Source: a bacterium (GTDB taxonomy: Bacteria; UBA8248). Taken from it: DNA of 64,000 bases. This document shows, piece by piece, positions 61,872 through 64,000 of the stretch (positions within the stretch are counted from its first letter, which is position 1; each line of letters starts with the position of its first letter). The DNA is taken from positions 3,936,001 through 4,000,000 of the forward strand of contig CBDBZU010000004.1 of the NCBI GenBank assembly GCA_965213625.1, written 5' to 3'. Under the pieces are notes generated by a model. The model searched no databases. It had not been told where the DNA came from and saw only the letters and a program-made list of their open reading frames with translations. The translations under genes were made by a program, and so were the position numbers.

Positions 61872-62906
61872 TTGTCCCGTCATTTCATCGATATGAGAAG
61901 CGACACCGCAACGCGCCCCACGCAGGCGATGCGCCAGGCCATCGCCGAGGCTCAAGTAGGCGACGACACGCTAAGAGAGGACCCGAGCGTCAACGAACTC
62001 ATCGAAAAGGCGGCTTCCCTGTTCGACAAGGAAGACGGCCTTTTCGTGTCATCGGGCTCGCTGGCCAATCAACTGGCCATCAAGGTTCACACGAACCCGG
62101 GCGATGAGATCATCGCAGATTCTCATTGCCACCCCTTTCGAAACGAACTGGGCGCAGGCCCTTTCTTATCGGGCGTTCAATTCGCCCTGATCTCGGCGAA
62201 CCGCGGGACATACGCCCGTGAAGATGCCGAGAAATGGCTTCGACCCGCAGGAAGGTACCCGAAAAGCGCCCTGCTATGGGTGGAGAACACGCACAACCAG
62301 GGCGGCGGCCACGTGTTTCCCCTCGAAAAACTCGACGAGTTGCGCGCCTTTTCGAAAGAGCTGAACATCCCCCTGCATATAGACGGCGCCCGCATCTTCA
62401 ACGCAATCGTCGCATCCGGCATCCCCCCAAAGGAATGGGCGAGGCGCTGTGATTCGATGTGCTTTTGCTTCTCCAAGGGATTGGGATGTCCCGTGGGGTC
62501 CATTCTGCTCGGGGGGAAGGCGTTCATTCAAGAAGCGCGCCGCTACTGGAAAATGTGGGGCGGCGGCTGGCGCCAGGCGGGTATTCTCGCCGCTGCGGGG
62601 CTTTACGCCCTGGAGCATCATGTGGAGCGCCTGGCGGACGACCACGCCAACGCCCAGCTATTCTCGGAACTTACCGCCGGAGTCCCGGGCATTCGGCCTG
62701 TTCATGACACCACGCCCACCAACCTCGTATTCCTGGACATTTCGGAAACCGGCAAGACGGCGCAACGAATCAACGAGGCGATGATGGAAAAAGGCGTCGC
62801 CTTCTCCATTCCGAACGCGAAAATGCTCCGCGCCGTCACTCATCTGGACGTATCGATGGAAGACGTGCAAACAGCCGCTCAGGTTCTGGCGGATTCGGTG
62901 AGATGA
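61872..62906 (+). CDS. ltaE: Low-specificity L-threonine aldolase
   Basis: DMRSDT, GDD...DP, ENTHN, HIDGARIFNA, SKGLG; TTG start inferred. Confidence 0.9.
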   Translation: MSRHFIDMRSDTATRPTQAMRQAIAEAQVGDDTLREDPSVNELIEKAASLFDKEDGLFVSSGSLANQLAIKVHTNPGDEIIADSHCHPFRNELGAGPFLSGVQFALISANRGTYAREDAEKWLRPAGRYPKSALLWVENTHNQGGGHVFPLEKLDELRAFSKELNIPLHIDGARIFNAIVASGIPPKEWARRCDSMCFCFSKGLGCPVGSILLGGKAFIQEARRYWKMWGGGWRQAGILAAAGLYALEHHVERLADDHANAQLFSELTAGVPGIRPVHDTTPTNLVFLDISETGKTAQRINEAMMEKGVAFSIPNAKMLRAVTHLDVSMEDVQTAAQVLADSVR

Positions 62907-63685
62907 GCTCTATCGCTCGGGTCACCGTTCTGGGCTGCGGCACTTCCACCGGCGTTCCCTCCATCGGGTGCAAAACCGCCGCATGTCTTTCGGATGACCC
63001 AAGGAACAAGCGACTGCGTCCGAGCATCATCATCGAACACGACGGGGGAAACCTGCTGGTGGATACAGGCCCGGATCTGCGCGAGCAGGCCCTCAGACAC
63101 CAAATCACCCGCGTTGACGCCGTAGTCTATACCCACTATCACGCGGACCATACCCACGGTATCGACGATTTGCGCGCCTTTAATTTTTTGATGGGTAAGC
63201 CGATTCCCTGTTATGCCTATCCCAATACGGTGAAGATTCTCCGTCAGAATTTCAGCTACATTTTCAATCACGCGAGAGACTACAGCGGCTTCAAGCCGCA
63301 ACTCACGCTGGCAGAGATTGGAGAATCTCCTTTTGTGGTGGGCGGCATGAACGTCGTTCCCTTCGAACTCGAACACGCCGGAATGAAAGTAATGGGACTG
63401 CGCGTGGGGGACTTCGCCTACGCCACGGACTGCAACGCCATTCCGGAGCAATCCATGGAAATCCTGAAAGGAGTGCGCGTCCTCATCCTGGACGCTCTGC
63501 GCCACCGGGAGCACCCCTCACACTTCACGGTCGCCGAGGCGCTGGAAATCGTCGAGGAGCTCAAGCCCGAGCAGACGTATTTCACCCACACCAATTTCGA
63601 GTTGGAATACTACGAAACGAACCGGAGCCTGCCCAGCGGAGTCGAACTTGCCTATGACGGGCAGAGTTTCGATGTCTACTTGTAG
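62903..63685 (+). CDS. MBL-fold phosphodiesterase (PhnP/YycJ-like)
   Basis: LGCGTSTGVP..GC...C, R.R.S, DTGPD, THYHADH, AYDG. Confidence 0.9.
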   Translation: MSSIARVTVLGCGTSTGVPSIGCKTAACLSDDPRNKRLRPSIIIEHDGGNLLVDTGPDLREQALRHQITRVDAVVYTHYHADHTHGIDDLRAFNFLMGKPIPCYAYPNTVKILRQNFSYIFNHARDYSGFKPQLTLAEIGESPFVVGGMNVVPFELEHAGMKVMGLRVGDFAYATDCNAIPEQSMEILKGVRVLILDALRHREHPSHFTVAEALEIVEELKPEQTYFTHTNFELEYYETNRSLPSGVELAYDGQSFDVYL

Positions 63686-63694
63686 GAACTTGCG

Positions 63695-64000
63695 CTAGGC
63701 GTCGCCCGCGTCTTCGGGAATTTCCTTTGTTTCATCCATGCGCCTCTCGCTTTCCGCCTGGCAGAGATCCGAAAACAAGAGATATCCCGCCAGATAATAT
63801 GAGATCGAAGTCACCATAACGCCCGTCTGGAGCAGGACTTGCCCCAGGAGACCCGCGCCGAATATCCCCTGAATCAGTTGCCAAAGAATGAACCAGACCA
63901 GCAAATATGTCATCGCCAGGACGACGACGGTTCTCTCGCCTCCGCTCGATATCGTACCTGCGCGCCGGAAAGCCTGGGCGAAGTCATCACCATACAACAG
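63695..64000 (-). CDS. Membrane protein, C-terminal part only (runs off window end)
   Basis: Open frame with two TM-like segments and an acidic tail. Confidence 0.55.
   Translation of the reverse strand: MLYGDDFAQAFRRAGTISSGGERTVVVLAMTYLLVWFILWQLIQGIFGAGLLGQVLLQTGVMVTSISYYLAGYLLFSDLCQAESERRMDETKEIPEDAGDA

Overview
GC-rich bacterial chromosome segment with no phage, CRISPR array, rRNA or transposase gene. Bases 1-19.7 kb are a contiguous minus-strand housekeeping supercluster: tRNA-Thr/Tyr/Gly/Thr, tuf, tRNA-Trp, secE, nusG, rplKAJL, rpoBC, rpsLG, fusA, an apparently identical second tuf, rpsJ, rplC and partial rplD; rpmG is absent from its usual slot. Bases 19.7-28 kb hold rlmB, cysS, ispF, ispD, a PIN-TRAM gene, moaC, dcd (NrdR-like and DnaA-like boxes upstream), a PPIase and a Ca/Na antiporter. 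Bases 28-64 kb are accessory genes separated by several families of palindromic REP/MITE-like repeats. Main observations not shown by the ORF track: (1) two selenoprotein genes split at in-frame UGA codons, each followed by a SECIS-like hairpin (OsmC-like 31014-31490; UGSC-motif 51779-52324, behind an uncharacterised partner gene), both next to a SAM methyltransferase and an EamA transporter; (2) a likely sigma54-dependent ~150-nt sRNA with promoter, enhancer palindromes and terminator (39603-39889); (3) an in-frame amber codon near the start of an ARPP-1/DUF6569-like gene; (4) a metallo-beta-lactamase-fold protein with three metal ligands replaced by Asn, and a catalytically degenerate alpha/beta-hydrolase lipoprotein. 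Family calls come from motif recognition by eye; no database searches were run.
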